Positions 16,530 to 28,161 of a DNA stretch of 64,000 bases are shown here, piece by piece. Under the pieces are notes generated by a model that was not told the DNA's origin, ran no database searches, and was given only the letters and a program-made list of their open reading frames with translations. Position numbers and translations under genes: made by a program. The stretch lies in NCBI RefSeq assembly GCF_045037415.1, contig NZ_CP173438.1; one strand, given 5' to 3'. The stretch is from Escherichia coli (lineage in GTDB: Bacteria > Pseudomonadota > Gammaproteobacteria > Enterobacterales > Enterobacteriaceae). Position 1 is the stretch's first letter; each line of letters opens with the position of its first letter.

Positions 16530-17713
16530 CAGGCACCTCCCAGCACCGCAAATGCGGGACCAAAGAATTCATCAGTAAACGTCTGGTAAAGCTCCATGTC
16601 TTCCAGCGGGGGAACGGGCGTATATTTGTAGCGAATACGCACACGCCCCTGACGTAAATCCGTGGTGCCGTTATCCACCACGTCATACCAGCACTCCGCG
16701 CCAATCAGTTTCCCGGCAGTAACCAGCGAATCCAATTTTGCCCTGATGGCACTGATAACATCCTTCACGTTCGCAGGCGTCAGTGGACTGTCGATGGTTT
16801 CAAACTGCGCTTCCGCAATTGAATCAGCCAGCACCTGTGCGGTTCGGGTATACACCTCAAAGATGTAGGCGTTCGTTTCCGGTGTGCGGTTGCCCCAGAA
16901 GCGGAACCCGTTACGACGAATAATGGTCGTGATTTCTTTGTTGTTGAGGCTGTTGGCATCACTGTCTTCGGCCTGTAACGACCAGAACACATGCCTCGAC
17001 ATCCCCAGCACATTTTTAACCGGAACGTTGGACAGCGATTTGTGCCAGCCCTGCTCATGGTCAATGTACGCACGAAGGCCGCACGCATAAGCAGGCGCGG
17101 GGAACGTTTCGTTTTTGCCACTTTTCGGGTTGTAGGCGATGAAGTCAGGCCATAAGAGCATCACCTCACGTTCGTTGAATTTCTGGCGGTAGGTAATCGC
17201 CTCAGCCATCGTGTTACAACCATGACATGTGGCATACACAAACGCGCGCAGTTTACCCGCAATCACGCACAGGGATTTTGTCACCGCCTCCGTGTCCAGC
17301 TCCGGCGCGGCCAGAATACGCGGACGGTATCCGATGCTTTCATCCTGCTCTGCAACAAGCAGCGCATACATCCCCGTATAGCTGCCGTCAGATTCAGAAC
17401 CACCGATAACCAGTTGATCCTGCGTCCTACCGCCTTCTTCTTTGTGTTCAGCCACGCGAACGACGATCACTTTTGTGCTCACCTGGTCTGCGATAGCCTT
17501 AAGCGCACGATAAAGCGTCCCCGTAGTCCCGCATTTTCCCAGCACGTCATTGACGCGGGTCAGCAGTGTGGGCTTGTTCAGCGGGAACAGCTCCGCATCC
17601 GCATCATCCGCCGTTGCCACGATACCGATAACGCTGGAATCAACATCATTAATCGCTGTTACCAGGTCGGTACTTTCCGTGACACGGGCACCATGAAAAC
17701 GAGTTTCACTCAT
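16529..17713 (-). CDS. tail sheath protein (P2 gpFI-like)
   Basis: 394 aa; motifs ...ADDADAE.FPLNKP.L...GTL..L.AIADQ...; ...QGWHK.LSNV...; ...DGFRFWGNRT...NYTRTAQV.AD..AEA match gpFI as recalled. Confidence 0.9.
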   Translation of the reverse strand: MSETRFHGARVTESTDLVTAINDVDSSVIGIVATADDADAELFPLNKPTLLTRVNDVLGKCGTTGTLYRALKAIADQVSTKVIVVRVAEHKEEGGRTQDQLVIGGSESDGSYTGMYALLVAEQDESIGYRPRILAAPELDTEAVTKSLCVIAGKLRAFVYATCHGCNTMAEAITYRQKFNEREVMLLWPDFIAYNPKSGKNETFPAPAYACGLRAYIDHEQGWHKSLSNVPVKNVLGMSRHVFWSLQAEDSDANSLNNKEITTIIRRNGFRFWGNRTPETNAYIFEVYTRTAQVLADSIAEAQFETIDSPLTPANVKDVISAIRAKLDSLVTAGKLIGAECWYDVVDNGTTDLRQGRVRIRYKYTPVPPLEDMELYQTFTDEFFGPAFAVLGGA

Positions 17714-17870
17714 AGCTTCAGCCCCTTGTATCCGTTAAATGATTCGGCAACAATCATCACCCACCACGCGCGTAATCTCACCCCTGCGCCGTTCTCCCGC
17801 CACGGCGACAACAAAAAGCAGTAACCCCCTCCGCACGCACATGCGACCATGCCGCACAGGGAGGGAGCAG

Positions 17871-18980
17871 ATGACCGACACCACCATGCAATTGCTCAGT
17901 CAGGGCACAGACCCCGTGAAAATGCCGGATTTTGATATTCTCGCGGAGGGTAAAACGCTGTCAGGCGTGGCAGAGCGCCTGATGAGCCTGTCACTGACCG
18001 ACAACCGGGGATTTGAGGCGGACCAGCTCACCATCACGCTGGATGATGCGGATGGTCAGTTGCAGCTACCGCCACGGGGCGCGCGCCTGACGGTTCTCAT
18101 TGGCTGGAAAGGAGAACCGCTGACAGAAAAAGGCACTTACATTGTTGATGAAATCGCTCACGAAGGACCGCCGGACAGGCTGACTGTTTCAGCCAGAAGC
18201 GCAGATTTTCGGGATGAATTTAACGTTAAACGTGAGGTGTCCTGGCATGATGTGACCGTTGAGCGTGTGGTATCCGCCATCGCTCATCGGTATGGTCTGA
18301 AACCGCAAATCAGCGAAATGCTGATGGATATCGAAATCGACCACGCCGACCAGACCGAAGAAAGCGACATGTCCTTCCTTACGCGCATGGCGGAAATGCT
18401 GGGCGCAATCACCACGGTAAAAAGCGGTAATCTGTTATTCATCATGCCCGGCGGTGGCGTGAACGCACAGGGCCAGCCGTTGCCATCGTTTGCCATCACA
18501 CGCAGCAGCGGCGATCGCCATCAGTTCCGCATTGCTGACCGCGAAGCGTATACGGGGGTACGCGCTTACTGGCTTGATCTTAATTACGGGAAAAAGAAAA
18601 AAGTCAGCGTGAAACGCCGTAAACCGCCAAAACCCAAAAAGGAGAAAAGCAGCAGCCGCGAAGGTGATTATATGGAAGGCGCGGAAGGCAATGTGTTTGT
18701 GTTACGCAAGACTTATCAGAACGAGCAGGCAGCAAGACGCGCAGCGGCGGCAAAGTGGCAGCAACTACAACGCGGAGCCGCATCATTCTCCATCACGCTG
18801 GCGCGTGGACGTGCAGAACTCTACCCCGAAATGCATGGCACGGTAACAGGATTTAAAAGCGAGATTGATAATCAGGACTGGATCATTGCAAAAGCCGAGC
18901 ACACCATTGATAACAGCGGTTTTACCACGCAGCTTGAGCTTGAGGCAAAAATCCCGGAATGGATAGCGGAAACAGAGTGA
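17871..18980 (+). CDS. tail protein D (P2 gpD-like late control D family)
   Basis: 369 aa from ATG 17871 with RBS GGGAGGGA; gpD-like sequence; ORF-track start 17739 is probably an upstream extension. Confidence 0.85.
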   Translation: MTDTTMQLLSQGTDPVKMPDFDILAEGKTLSGVAERLMSLSLTDNRGFEADQLTITLDDADGQLQLPPRGARLTVLIGWKGEPLTEKGTYIVDEIAHEGPPDRLTVSARSADFRDEFNVKREVSWHDVTVERVVSAIAHRYGLKPQISEMLMDIEIDHADQTEESDMSFLTRMAEMLGAITTVKSGNLLFIMPGGGVNAQGQPLPSFAITRSSGDRHQFRIADREAYTGVRAYWLDLNYGKKKKVSVKRRKPPKPKKEKSSSREGDYMEGAEGNVFVLRKTYQNEQAARRAAAAKWQQLQRGAASFSITLARGRAELYPEMHGTVTGFKSEIDNQDWIIAKAEHTIDNSGFTTQLELEAKIPEWIAETE

Positions 18981-19020
18981 GCAACTTAGAATAGGCAGCA
19001 CCACGTTAAGGGAGGTCGCT

Positions 19021-19281
19021 ATGTTCCGTTGTCCGCTTTGTGGCGCATCTGCCCGTATCCGCACCAGTCGTCCGGAAAATGATTCAAACACCGTGCGGCA
19101 AAAGTATTACCAGTGTAACAATCTGGAATGCGGCGTATGCTTCTCAACACTGGAAGCTTTCCATAAATTCACATCAAAACACGCCTCCGGCGTTCACTCT
19201 TCAGAAGGTATCCCGTGGCATGATCTGCCAGCTTCACACAGGGGAAACAATCAGATGAGTTTGCCTTTATCTCAGAATTAA
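19021..19281 (+). CDS. late-gene transcriptional activator, Ogr/Delta zinc-finger family
   Basis: 86 aa; MFRCPLCGASARIRTSR...YYQCNNLECGVCFSTLEAF with the Cys-x2-Cys...Cys-x4-Cys pattern of P2 Ogr. Confidence 0.85.
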   Translation: MFRCPLCGASARIRTSRPENDSNTVRQKYYQCNNLECGVCFSTLEAFHKFTSKHASGVHSSEGIPWHDLPASHRGNNQMSLPLSQN

Positions 19282-19369
19282 CAGGCAGAATTGCCGGAGT
19301 AACAAAAAAGCGATAGATTACGTGCGGGTGCCTTTCGGCTGATGGTCGGAGGGAATACCCGAAGGCCAG

Positions 19370-19555
19370 ATGTGGAAAGGCCCCGAGTCAACTTTAACGT
19401 TAACCCGAGGCCCTAACCATCTACCCTCAGCAAGTGATAGGTTAGCGCCTCCCCGAAAAAGGAGCAAGCGCTATGTCGCAAAAATCGCTTACGGCCATCA
19501 CATTCTGCGTGACGGCAATCCTCATCATCTGGATGCTGCACGGTTCGCTGTGTGA
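19370..19555 (+). CDS. mok-like overlapping reading frame of hok locus (translational coupling frame)
   Basis: 61-codon frame starting ~100 nt upstream of and overlapping the hok-like ORF in a different frame, as in hok/mok/sok loci. Confidence 0.4.
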   Translation: MWKGPESTLTLTRGPNHLPSASDRLAPPRKRSKRYVAKIAYGHHILRDGNPHHLDAARFAV

Positions 19556-19613
19556 AATACGGATGAGTTTCTGGGGAGCGGAGTTTGCGGCGTTCTTACA
19601 GTGTAAGCAGTAA
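19473..19613 (+). CDS. Hok/Gef-family type I toxin (46 aa)
   Basis: MSQKSLTAITFCVTAILIIWMLHGSLCEIRMSFWGAEFAAFLQCKQ: single TM then conserved SLCEIR and E.AAF motifs of Hok/Gef; below the 60-aa ORF-track cutoff, found by reading the DNA. Confidence 0.7.
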   Translation: MSQKSLTAITFCVTAILIIWMLHGSLCEIRMSFWGAEFAAFLQCKQ

Positions 19614-19706
19614 GGAAACCGCGACGGGGAAGGCAACTTCCCCGTCAATCGGTTGCCAGGGTAAAGGTCGAAAAGGCACCCTATTTCCAGTTGACGTGAA
19701 CAACAA

Positions 19707-19740
19707 GCCCGCAGCGTAAAAACTGCGGGTTTTCTTTTTG
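19707..19740 (+). terminator. rho-independent terminator, probably 3' end of hok mRNA
   Basis: CCCGCAGCGTAAAAACTGCGGG + TTTTCTTTTTG. Confidence 0.55.
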
Positions 19741-19770
19741 GTTCCCTCACTCATGAGGACACCAAAAAAC

Positions 19771-19802
19771 AAAGCCCACAGCATAGAAGCTGTGGGCTTT
19801 TT
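19771..19802. terminator. bidirectional hairpin terminator
   Basis: AAAGCCCACAGCATAGAAGCTGTGGGCTTTTT with A/T runs on both sides. Confidence 0.5.
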
Positions 19803-19876
19803 GCATTCAAAGATGGACGTTATATGGACACTTAAAAATAAAATCCATTTATTTTCAAATGATTAAACCTCTACTT

Positions 19877-19898
19877 AAAGCGCCCGCAGGCGCTTTTT
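19877..19898 (-). terminator. serS terminator (bidirectional hairpin)
   Basis: AAAGCGCCCGCAGGCGCTTTTT immediately downstream of serS stop. Confidence 0.6.
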
Positions 19899-19918
19899 AG
19901 ATTCAGAAAAATTGGGTA

Positions 19919-21232
<1,314 letters not shown>

Positions 21233-21301
21233 TTAAATGGGAGATGTGGCCACAGCCTGCGACCACAGGGATACATTAACAACATTACCGCAACGATAAC
21301 A

Positions 21302-22645
21302 TTAACGGTAGCGTTTTATGGGGCTATTTTGATCCTGTTCAGCCAGCCAGGCGAGCTTTTCGCCAATCTTGCCTTCAAGGCCCCTGTTTGTCGGGAAATA
21401 ATAGCGTGTTTGTGCTATTTCCGGCGGGAAGTAAACCTCACCGGCAGCATAAGCGTTTGCTTCATCATGAGCGTAACGATATTCCTGCCCGTAGCCCATT
21501 TCCTTCATTAATTTCGTCGGCGCATTACGCAAATGAACCGGCACGTCATAATCCGGACGTTCGCGAGCATCGGCCAGCGCGGCTTTAAACGCAGTGTAGA
21601 CAGCGTTGCTTTTTGGCGCGCAGGCCAGGTAAACAATCGCCTGAGCAATGGCGCGTTCACCTTCCGCCGGGCCAACGCGAGTAAAGCAATCCCAGGCCGC
21701 AATTGCCACCTGCATCGCCCGTGGGTCGGCATTGCCGACATCTTCGGAAGCAATTGCCAGGCAACGACGCGCAACATATAACGGATCGCCACCGGCGGTA
21801 ATAATTCGCGCATACCAGTAGAGCGCCGCATCGGGTGCGCTACCACGTACCGACTTATGCAATGCGGAAATCAGATCGTAAAAGCGATCGCCTTTGTTAT
21901 CAAAGCGGGCGCTACGTTCACCGGCGATTTCGGTCAGTAATTCAGGCTTCAGGACCCGCTTACCGCTATCATCGACTTCGGCCATATCCGCCATCATTTC
22001 CAGCGTATTTAACGCCCGGCGCGCGTCGCCATTCACCAGTTCAGCAATGGCGCGTCGTGTTTCATCTGGCAGAACAATATCCTGACCACCATAGCCACGG
22101 GTTTTGTCTTCCATCGCCTGAGTTAGTACTTGCTCAATATCCTCTGTACTCAGGGATTTCAACAGATAGACACGGGCACGGGAAAGCAGTGCCGAATTAA
22201 GCTCAAACGACGGGTTTTCAGTGGTTGCGCCAATAAAAGTGATGGTGCCGTCTTCAATATGTGGCAGAAATGCATCCTGCTGGCTTTTGTTGAAACGGTG
22301 AACTTCGTCAACAAAAAGAATAGTGCGGCGACCTGCATTGCGGTTTTGCCGAGCGCGTTCGATCGCCTCGCGAATCTCTTTCACGCCAGAGGTGACGGCA
22401 GAAATACGTTCCACATCAGCGTTCGCATAGCGGGCAATCACTTCAGCGAGGGTTGTTTTGCCGGTACCCGGCGGCCCCCAGAGGATCATAGAATGCAGAT
22501 GCCCGGCTTCGATAGCGCGCGGCAACGGCTTCCCCACAGCCAGCAAATGTTGCTGGCCGATATACTGTGCTAAATTTTCTGGCCGCATACGCGCGGCCAG
22601 GGGTTGAAAAGTATTATCCGAAAAATCGAGCGACAGATTGCTCAC
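21302..22645 (-). CDS. rarA: replication-associated recombination protein A (AAA+ ATPase)
   Basis: 447 aa, Walker [10 protein letters not shown], matches E. coli RarA/YcaJ. Confidence 0.95.
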   Translation of the reverse strand: MSNLSLDFSDNTFQPLAARMRPENLAQYIGQQHLLAVGKPLPRAIEAGHLHSMILWGPPGTGKTTLAEVIARYANADVERISAVTSGVKEIREAIERARQNRNAGRRTILFVDEVHRFNKSQQDAFLPHIEDGTITFIGATTENPSFELNSALLSRARVYLLKSLSTEDIEQVLTQAMEDKTRGYGGQDIVLPDETRRAIAELVNGDARRALNTLEMMADMAEVDDSGKRVLKPELLTEIAGERSARFDNKGDRFYDLISALHKSVRGSAPDAALYWYARIITAGGDPLYVARRCLAIASEDVGNADPRAMQVAIAAWDCFTRVGPAEGERAIAQAIVYLACAPKSNAVYTAFKAALADARERPDYDVPVHLRNAPTKLMKEMGYGQEYRYAHDEANAYAAGEVYFPPEIAQTRYYFPTNRGLEGKIGEKLAWLAEQDQNSPIKRYR

Positions 22646-22655
22646 TCAGGTGCCT

Positions 22656-23267
22656 CTACTTACGTTGATCATCTACCGTGACGCCTTGCGGCGGGGTGAA
22701 GGTAAATTTCGCTGCATCCACAGCCCCATTTTGCTGGGATTTCAGCTGATAACTGCTGCGCTGATCGTCCTGCTCCACCGCGCTAAACTGATGGATTGTG
22801 CCATCACGTCCCACGTTAATGGTGAACTGCTTCAGATTGCCATTGCTGGCTTTCGGCGTCAGAACAAAGTCATCGCCATTCTGTTTGATATTGTACTGCT
22901 GCCAGTCGCTGGACTGGTTGCGGGCAATCAGCATAAACGGCGTATTACCGGTGGCATCTTTCAGCCAGGTTGCCGTAGCTTGCTCAACGAACGGGTTATA
23001 GAACCACAGTGTTTTACCGTCAGAAACCAGAATGCTTTCATCAGGTTGAGTCATATGCCAGTTGAATAAGTTTGGACGTTTCACCCACAGATCGCCCTGA
23101 CCTTCCTGCACCGCCGCGCCGCTACCGTCAGTCACTTTTTGTGTGAAGCTGGCGTGGAAGCTGCTGACTTTATCCAGGCGGCTTTTCAGATCGCTTGCGG
23201 CATCAGCCCAAACGCTGCTTGCTACTAAGCTTGAGAGTAATGCACAGGTGATGGCAATTTTTTTCAT
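22656..23267 (-). CDS. lolA: outer-membrane lipoprotein carrier protein LolA
   Basis: [34 protein letters not shown]... matches LolA. Confidence 0.95.
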
Positions 23268-23379
23268 CATTATTCCTCAAATTACGTCACTCCCGACCGG
23301 GAGCTCCCTCTACTCTCTATTCCAGGCTAATAATCAGCTTGAGGAAAGAAGAAAATACTGAATTTTCAGTTACCAGATT

Positions 23380-23415
23380 GCCGGATGCGACGCTACCGCG
23401 CCTTATCCGGCCTAC
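23380..23415. repeat. REP-like palindromic element in lolA-ftsK intergenic region
   Basis: GCCGGATGCGACGCTACCGCGCCTTATCCGGCCTAC resembles E. coli REP consensus. Confidence 0.6.
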
Positions 23416-23425
23416 GATGCATTAA

Positions 23426-26400
23426 TTAGTCAAACGGCGGTGGGGCCAGCACTTCACGATTACCGTTGTGCCCCTGTTCGCTGACAATCCCCTGCGCTTC
23501 CATCTGTTCGATAATACGCGCTGCACGGTTATAACCAATGCGGAACTGACGCTGTACGCCAGAAATTGATGCTTTGCGTTTTTCAGTGACAAACTGCACC
23601 GCCTGATCGAACAACGGATCCAGCTCTTCAGCGCCATCGAAACCGCCCGCGCCACCTTCGCTTTCGCTGTCGGAGGTGATGCCATCAACATACTGTGGGC
23701 GACCACGCGCTTTCCAGTCCTGCACCACGGCATGAACTTCTTGATCGCGAACAAAAGCACCATGGACACGTACCGGCAAAGTGGAGTTCGGCCCAGAGTA
23801 GAGCATATCCCCCATACCCAGCAGTGATTCCGCACCAGCCTGATCAAGAATGGTACGTGAGTCAATCTTACTGGATACGGTAAAGGCGATACGGGTCGGA
23901 ATATTCGCTTTAATCAGACCAGTAATAACATCAACCGATGGACGCTGCGTTGCCAGTACGAGGTGGATACCCGCGGCACGAGCTTTTTGCGCCAGACGTG
24001 CTATCAGCTCTTCCACTTTTTTACCTACCGTCATCATCAGGTCGGCAAATTCGTCCACCAACACCACTATGTACGGTTCTTTTTTCAGCACCGGATGCTG
24101 CGCATCCATACTATCACCCGGCTTCCAGTACGGGTCTGGAATCGGACGCATCATGCGATCGGCTTCAGCAATTTTTTCGTTATAACCCGCCAGATTACGC
24201 ACACCCAGCGCAGACATCAGTTTATAACGACGCTCCATCTCGTTAACACACCAGCGCAGCGCGTTGGCGGCATCTTTCATATCAGTAACAACTTCCGTTA
24301 ACAGGTGCGGAATGCCTTCATAAACCGAAAGCTCCAGCATTTTCGGGTCGATCATGATGAAACGCACATCTTCTGGCTGTGCTTTATAAAGCATGCTCAG
24401 GATCATCGCGTTCACCCCGACAGACTTACCGGAACCGGTAGTCCCCGCAACCAACAAGTGCGGCATTTTCGCCAGATCGGCAACCACCGGCTCACCGGCG
24501 ATATCTTTACCCAGCACCACGGTTAATGGCGACGGATTATCGCGGAATTTGGCGTTATCCAAAACCTCGCGCAGATAAACGGTTTGTCGTTTTTTATTCG
24601 GTAACTCCAGACCTACATAGGGTTTGCCAGGAATAACTTCAACGACACGCACCGCCACCGTCGAAAGTGAACGGGCAAGGTCACGTGACAAGTTAGAAAT
24701 GCGCGCCGCTTTTACGCCCGGTGCCAGGTTCAATTCAAAGCGAGTGATAACTGGCCCCGGAGAGTAATTGACAACATCGGCTTTAATACGGAAATCAGCC
24801 AGACGCGCTTCTACCAGGCGCGCCATTTGTTCAAGCGCAAAGGTATCTACCGGCTCCACTTCGCTCGGCGGCGGTGTCAGCAAATCCAGAGAAGGCAGTG
24901 GCGTCGTCGGTTTATGCAACGGACGGCTGTCGCCATTACGCATCAACAGCGGATGAAGCAGGGTATCCTGCGGCTGTGGCGCAACTGGCTGTTGCGGCTG
25001 CTGATATTGCGGCTGTGGTACAACCGGCTGCTGCGGCTGCTGATACTGCGGCTGCTGTGTAACCGGCTGTTGTGGCTGCTGATACTGCGGCTGCTGTGCA
25101 ACCGGTTGTTGTGGCTGCTGATATTGCTGCTGCGGTGCAACCGGTTGTTGCGGCTGCTGATACTGCGGCTGCGGTGCAACCGGTTGTTGCGGCTGCTGAT
25201 ATTGCTGCTGCGGTGCTACCGGTTGTTGCGGCTGCTGTACAGGTTCAACAATTGGCGTAAACAGCGGTTCGTGTGGACCATCATCCAGCAACGCTTTCAT
25301 TGGCGAAAATTCAAAATCATCCAGCGAGAACGGATTCGCCCCAGCCGGTTGTTCGCCGGAATAACGTTGTTGTTGAGTTTGAGCAAACTGACGAGCCAGT
25401 TCTGCCTCTGCCGCAGCATCTGCATCTTCTGTGTTCACGGGCACATCATGTTGATACTGTTCGCCATAGCGTTGCTGCTGCGTCTGGGCGAACTGACGTG
25501 CCAGTTCATCCTGCTGCATCGCATCGATTTCATCATCGTTGTACTGATCGCCAGAATCGTACTGATTACGCTGGGCTTCACGGGCTTTTTCTTCTGCCGC
25601 ACGCTGTGAGGGCAGCTTAATACCGTAAGACGCCAGTTCACGACGAGTTGGCACGCGGATGCGTTTCGGTCGTGGCAACTGCGGGCCAATCCCCTCTTTG
25701 ACCTGCGGACGCGGTCCACCGCTATTTGCCAGACTGAAGACTGGCGCGGCAACGGTTGCGGCAGCCCCCGTCGCCAGTGTCGCTTTTTTCACGCCAGATG
25801 CCAGCGGAGAAACGGCGGCAGCGGCTTCCACTGGAGGTACTGCTGCAACAGAAGGTGCTTTTAGCGAAGATTTGATCGGTTCTGGTTCTTTAACAGGTTC
25901 TGGAATCGGTTGATACCAGGCCGCAAGTTGTTCGCGTTCACGGGCTCGCTTCTCTTCCACTTCTTCAAAGTAGTAAAGCGGCGGACGCGTGGGTTTTGTC
26001 TCTTCTACAACGGGTTCAGGCTCCACAACAGGCTGCTGTTCAACAGGTTGCGGCTGTTGGTACAACGGTTCCTGAGCGGCTGGCTGCTGATAAGTTTGCT
26101 CAGTCTGGTATGTAGACTGTGGAGCAAAAGTGGATTGCTGCTCTTCGGCTTGCCAGGCGTTACCTGCCACCGCTTGTTCTGGCGCAGGGGCGTAATACGG
26201 CTGTTGCGCAGGCTGTTCCGCCGCAGTTGCGTAATACGGTTGCTGAACAGGTTGTTCCGCCGCAGGAGCGTAGTAAGGTTGTTGCGCAGGTTGTTCAGCT
26301 GCAGGTGCATAATACGGCTGCTGTGGCTGTACTGGTTGTTGCAGCGGCTCATTATATTGCACTGCAGGCTGCGCATATTGTGGCTGCTGTGGGTAACCTT

Positions 26401-27532
26401 CCGGTGCAGGAGCAATAACCGGTTCTCCCGTTTGCGGCCCCGGTACAGGCTGCCAGGCTACTGTAGATTGCGCAGGTGGAACATCAACAGAGGCAACTGG
26501 CGGCGTCTGAGTCACAGGTTCAACCGGTGCAGCCCAGCTTTGTGTCGCCGTGGTAGCAGCAGCTGCTACAGCAACAGGTTCGGTAATTGGCGCACCGTTT
26601 AATAATGGATCGTACTCGTCATATTCTGGCTGCGTTGCACGATTGCCCGAAAAGAGGACGTCGTCAGGGTCGGCAGCCACACCGCGTGCAGTGTAGGTAA
26701 TCTCTTCGTCATCATCCATCCGCTTACCGGAGAACAACGCAGCGTCTGTTTGCCGCCCCATCGGATTAATGAATTTTTCCGCCAACCGTTTACGACGCGC
26801 TAGCGCGCCGCGAAGAATACGGGCACGGCGTGATTCATGCTGTTTGCCGTGATTTTCATCTTCATACTCTTCGTCGTCTTCATACTCATCTTCATCGACC
26901 CAGGTATCATCGCGACGGGTACGATTACTGGCGAAGGTAAGAATATTTAAAATCCAGCCGCCGAGTTTTTCAGCAATGGTCACCCATGACCAACCGGTGA
27001 ACAGCGTCAGGCCCGCTGCCCAAACGCAGAGCAGCGCAATAGTTCCCCCGCTACTGTGTAGCAGTGGTTGTAGCGTAGTGCTTAGTAAGCTGCCAATGAC
27101 GCCACCGGAGGCAAAATACCAGATATCGTCAGCGTTGATTGCCGCCAGACCACAGGAGGTAAGGATGAGCGCCAAAACGCCAATGATGCGTAGCGAAACG
27201 GCAAAATAATCAATGTATTCGTCGCTGGACTGATGACGCCAGGCAAACCAACAACCGCCGACAATAATGACGGGAATGGTGTAAGCCATCACGCCAAAAA
27301 TAAAGAACAGCGTATCTGCCAGCCACGCACCGGGCATCCCACCTAAATTATGGATAGGTTCATGCCAGGCCGTTTGCGACCAGCTGGGGTCCGAAGGGTT
27401 AAAGCTTAGTAAGGCAGCCATCAACCAGACGGCAAACAGGACAATAAGGATCAGCAACGCCTCCAGAAGGCGGCGGCCGCTACTTAACTTTGTCAATGTG
27501 ACTTCTTTGTCTTCAGTGTATTCCTGGCTCAA
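23426..27532 (-). CDS. ftsK: DNA translocase FtsK (1368 aa)
   Basis: [33 protein letters not shown]..., N-terminal TM domain, Q/P-rich linker, C-terminal motor with Walker A GTTGSGKS. Confidence 0.97.
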   Translation of the reverse strand: MSQEYTEDKEVTLTKLSSGRRLLEALLILIVLFAVWLMAALLSFNPSDPSWSQTAWHEPIHNLGGMPGAWLADTLFFIFGVMAYTIPVIIVGGCWFAWRHQSSDEYIDYFAVSLRIIGVLALILTSCGLAAINADDIWYFASGGVIGSLLSTTLQPLLHSSGGTIALLCVWAAGLTLFTGWSWVTIAEKLGGWILNILTFASNRTRRDDTWVDEDEYEDDEEYEDENHGKQHESRRARILRGALARRKRLAEKFINPMGRQTDAALFSGKRMDDDEEITYTARGVAADPDDVLFSGNRATQPEYDEYDPLLNGAPITEPVAVAAAATTATQSWAAPVEPVTQTPPVASVDVPPAQSTVAWQPVPGPQTGEPVIAPAPEGYPQQPQYAQPAVQYNEPLQQPVQPQQPYYAPAAEQPAQQPYYAPAAEQPVQQPYYATAAEQPAQQPYYAPAPEQAVAGNAWQAEEQQSTFAPQSTYQTEQTYQQPAAQEPLYQQPQPVEQQPVVEPEPVVEETKPTRPPLYYFEEVEEKRAREREQLAAWYQPIPEPVKEPEPIKSSLKAPSVAAVPPVEAAAAVSPLASGVKKATLATGAAATVAAPVFSLANSGGPRPQVKEGIGPQLPRPKRIRVPTRRELASYGIKLPSQRAAEEKAREAQRNQYDSGDQYNDDEIDAMQQDELARQFAQTQQQRYGEQYQHDVPVNTEDADAAAEAELARQFAQTQQQRYSGEQPAGANPFSLDDFEFSPMKALLDDGPHEPLFTPIVEPVQQPQQPVAPQQQYQQPQQPVAPQPQYQQPQQPVAPQQQYQQPQQPVAQQPQYQQPQQPVTQQPQYQQPQQPVVPQPQYQQPQQPVAPQPQDTLLHPLLMRNGDSRPLHKPTTPLPSLDLLTPPPSEVEPVDTFALEQMARLVEARLADFRIKADVVNYSPGPVITRFELNLAPGVKAARISNLSRDLARSLSTVAVRVVEVIPGKPYVGLELPNKKRQTVYLREVLDNAKFRDNPSPLTVVLGKDIAGEPVVADLAKMPHLLVAGTTGSGKSVGVNAMILSMLYKAQPEDVRFIMIDPKMLELSVYEGIPHLLTEVVTDMKDAANALRWCVNEMERRYKLMSALGVRNLAGYNEKIAEADRMMRPIPDPYWKPGDSMDAQHPVLKKEPYIVVLVDEFADLMMTVGKKVEELIARLAQKARAAGIHLVLATQRPSVDVITGLIKANIPTRIAFTVSSKIDSRTILDQAGAESLLGMGDMLYSGPNSTLPVRVHGAFVRDQEVHAVVQDWKARGRPQYVDGITSDSESEGGAGGFDGAEELDPLFDQAVQFVTEKRKASISGVQRQFRIGYNRAARIIEQMEAQGIVSEQGHNGNREVLAPPPFD
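24955..25250. repeat. in-frame tandem 39-bp repeats encoding ([13 protein letters not shown])n in FtsK linker
   Basis: About seven near-identical 39-bp units visible in DNA. Confidence 0.85.
26150..26345. repeat. second in-frame repeat block in FtsK linker (..[13 protein letters not shown]..)n
   Basis: Repeated ~39-bp units visible in DNA and protein. Confidence 0.75.
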
Positions 27533-27666
27533 GAAAGGCTCTCCAGGTTACAGGCTTTTCCTGCCCGATGCTAAAACGGACAACAGTACCAGGTTACCCC
27601 AGTACTGTTGCTGTATGGATTAACAGGAGTGTAATCAAAATACGCCGATTTTGCACCTGTTCCGTG

Positions 27667-28161
27667 TTAGCGCGTCTTAATAACCAGACGATTACTCTGC
27701 TTGACTTCTTCCATAACAACGTATGTCCGTGTGTCATTGACGCCAGGCAGACGCAGCAGGGTTTCCCCCAGTAACTTACGGTAAGCAGACATATCCGGCA
27801 CGCGTGTTTTCAACAGGTAGTCGAAATCACCGGATACTAAATGACACTCCTGAATTTCTTCAAGTTTTTGTACAGCGGTATTGAATTGTTCAAACACATC
27901 CGGTGCGCCACGATTCAGAGTAATCTCAACGAATACCAGAAGTGATGCATCCAGATAATGGGGGTTCAGCAGCGCCGTATAGCCCTGAATAAACCCTTGT
28001 CTTTCCAGCCGACGCACACGCTCAAGGCACGGCGTTGGGGAAAGTCCCACACGTTTAGAAAGCTCGACGTTAGAAATACGCCCATCCTTTTGCAACTCAT
28101 TAAGAATGTTACGATCGATACGGTCGAGATCTTTGCCAGGGCGCTTCTTGCTATCTACCAT
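27667..28161 (-). CDS. lrp: leucine-responsive regulatory protein
   Basis: MVDSKKRPGKDLDRIDRNILNELQKDGRISNVELSKRVGLSPTPCLERVRRLERQG...; start placed at MVDSKK (ORF track extends 18 codons upstream). Confidence 0.96.
   Translation of the reverse strand: MVDSKKRPGKDLDRIDRNILNELQKDGRISNVELSKRVGLSPTPCLERVRRLERQGFIQGYTALLNPHYLDASLLVFVEITLNRGAPDVFEQFNTAVQKLEEIQECHLVSGDFDYLLKTRVPDMSAYRKLLGETLLRLPGVNDTRTYVVMEEVKQSNRLVIKTR

Larger units (their letters stand above)
1..19750. mobile_element. P2-like (Peduovirus-type) myovirus prophage, late-gene region; left part lies outside the window, right boundary unresolved (between 19282 and ~19900)
   Basis: Contiguous set of recognisable P2-family late proteins (L, X, lysis cassette, R, S, V, W, J, I, H, G, U, T, E/E', FII, FI, D, Ogr) ending next to serS; no integrase or att core visible in window. 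Confidence 0.85.

Noticed and set aside
17222-17824. 200-aa plus-strand ORF overlapping the tail sheath gene start
   Set aside because: Antisense to FI; composition is not protein-like, and the real plus-strand gene here is D, starting at 17871.
17714-17870. Ogr-dependent late promoter dyad (TGT-N12-ACA) in the FI-D divergent spacer
   Set aside because: No clear match with correct spacing found by eye, so no promoter feature was annotated.
19282-19472. Search for a P2-type att core or integrase next to ogr
   Set aside because: No integrase ORF and no recognisable repeat pair within the window; with only one prophage end present the att core cannot be identified, so no att feature is reported.
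24827-26602. Long ORFs (260 aa, 230 aa and others) and a repeat-spacer-like appearance on both strands within 24.8-26.6 kb; briefly considered as a CRISPR array or separate genes
   Set aside because: The repeats are in-frame 39-bp units of the FtsK Q/P-rich linker with no unique spacers; the opposite-strand ORFs are low-complexity artefacts of the repeats (poly R/L/Q translations).
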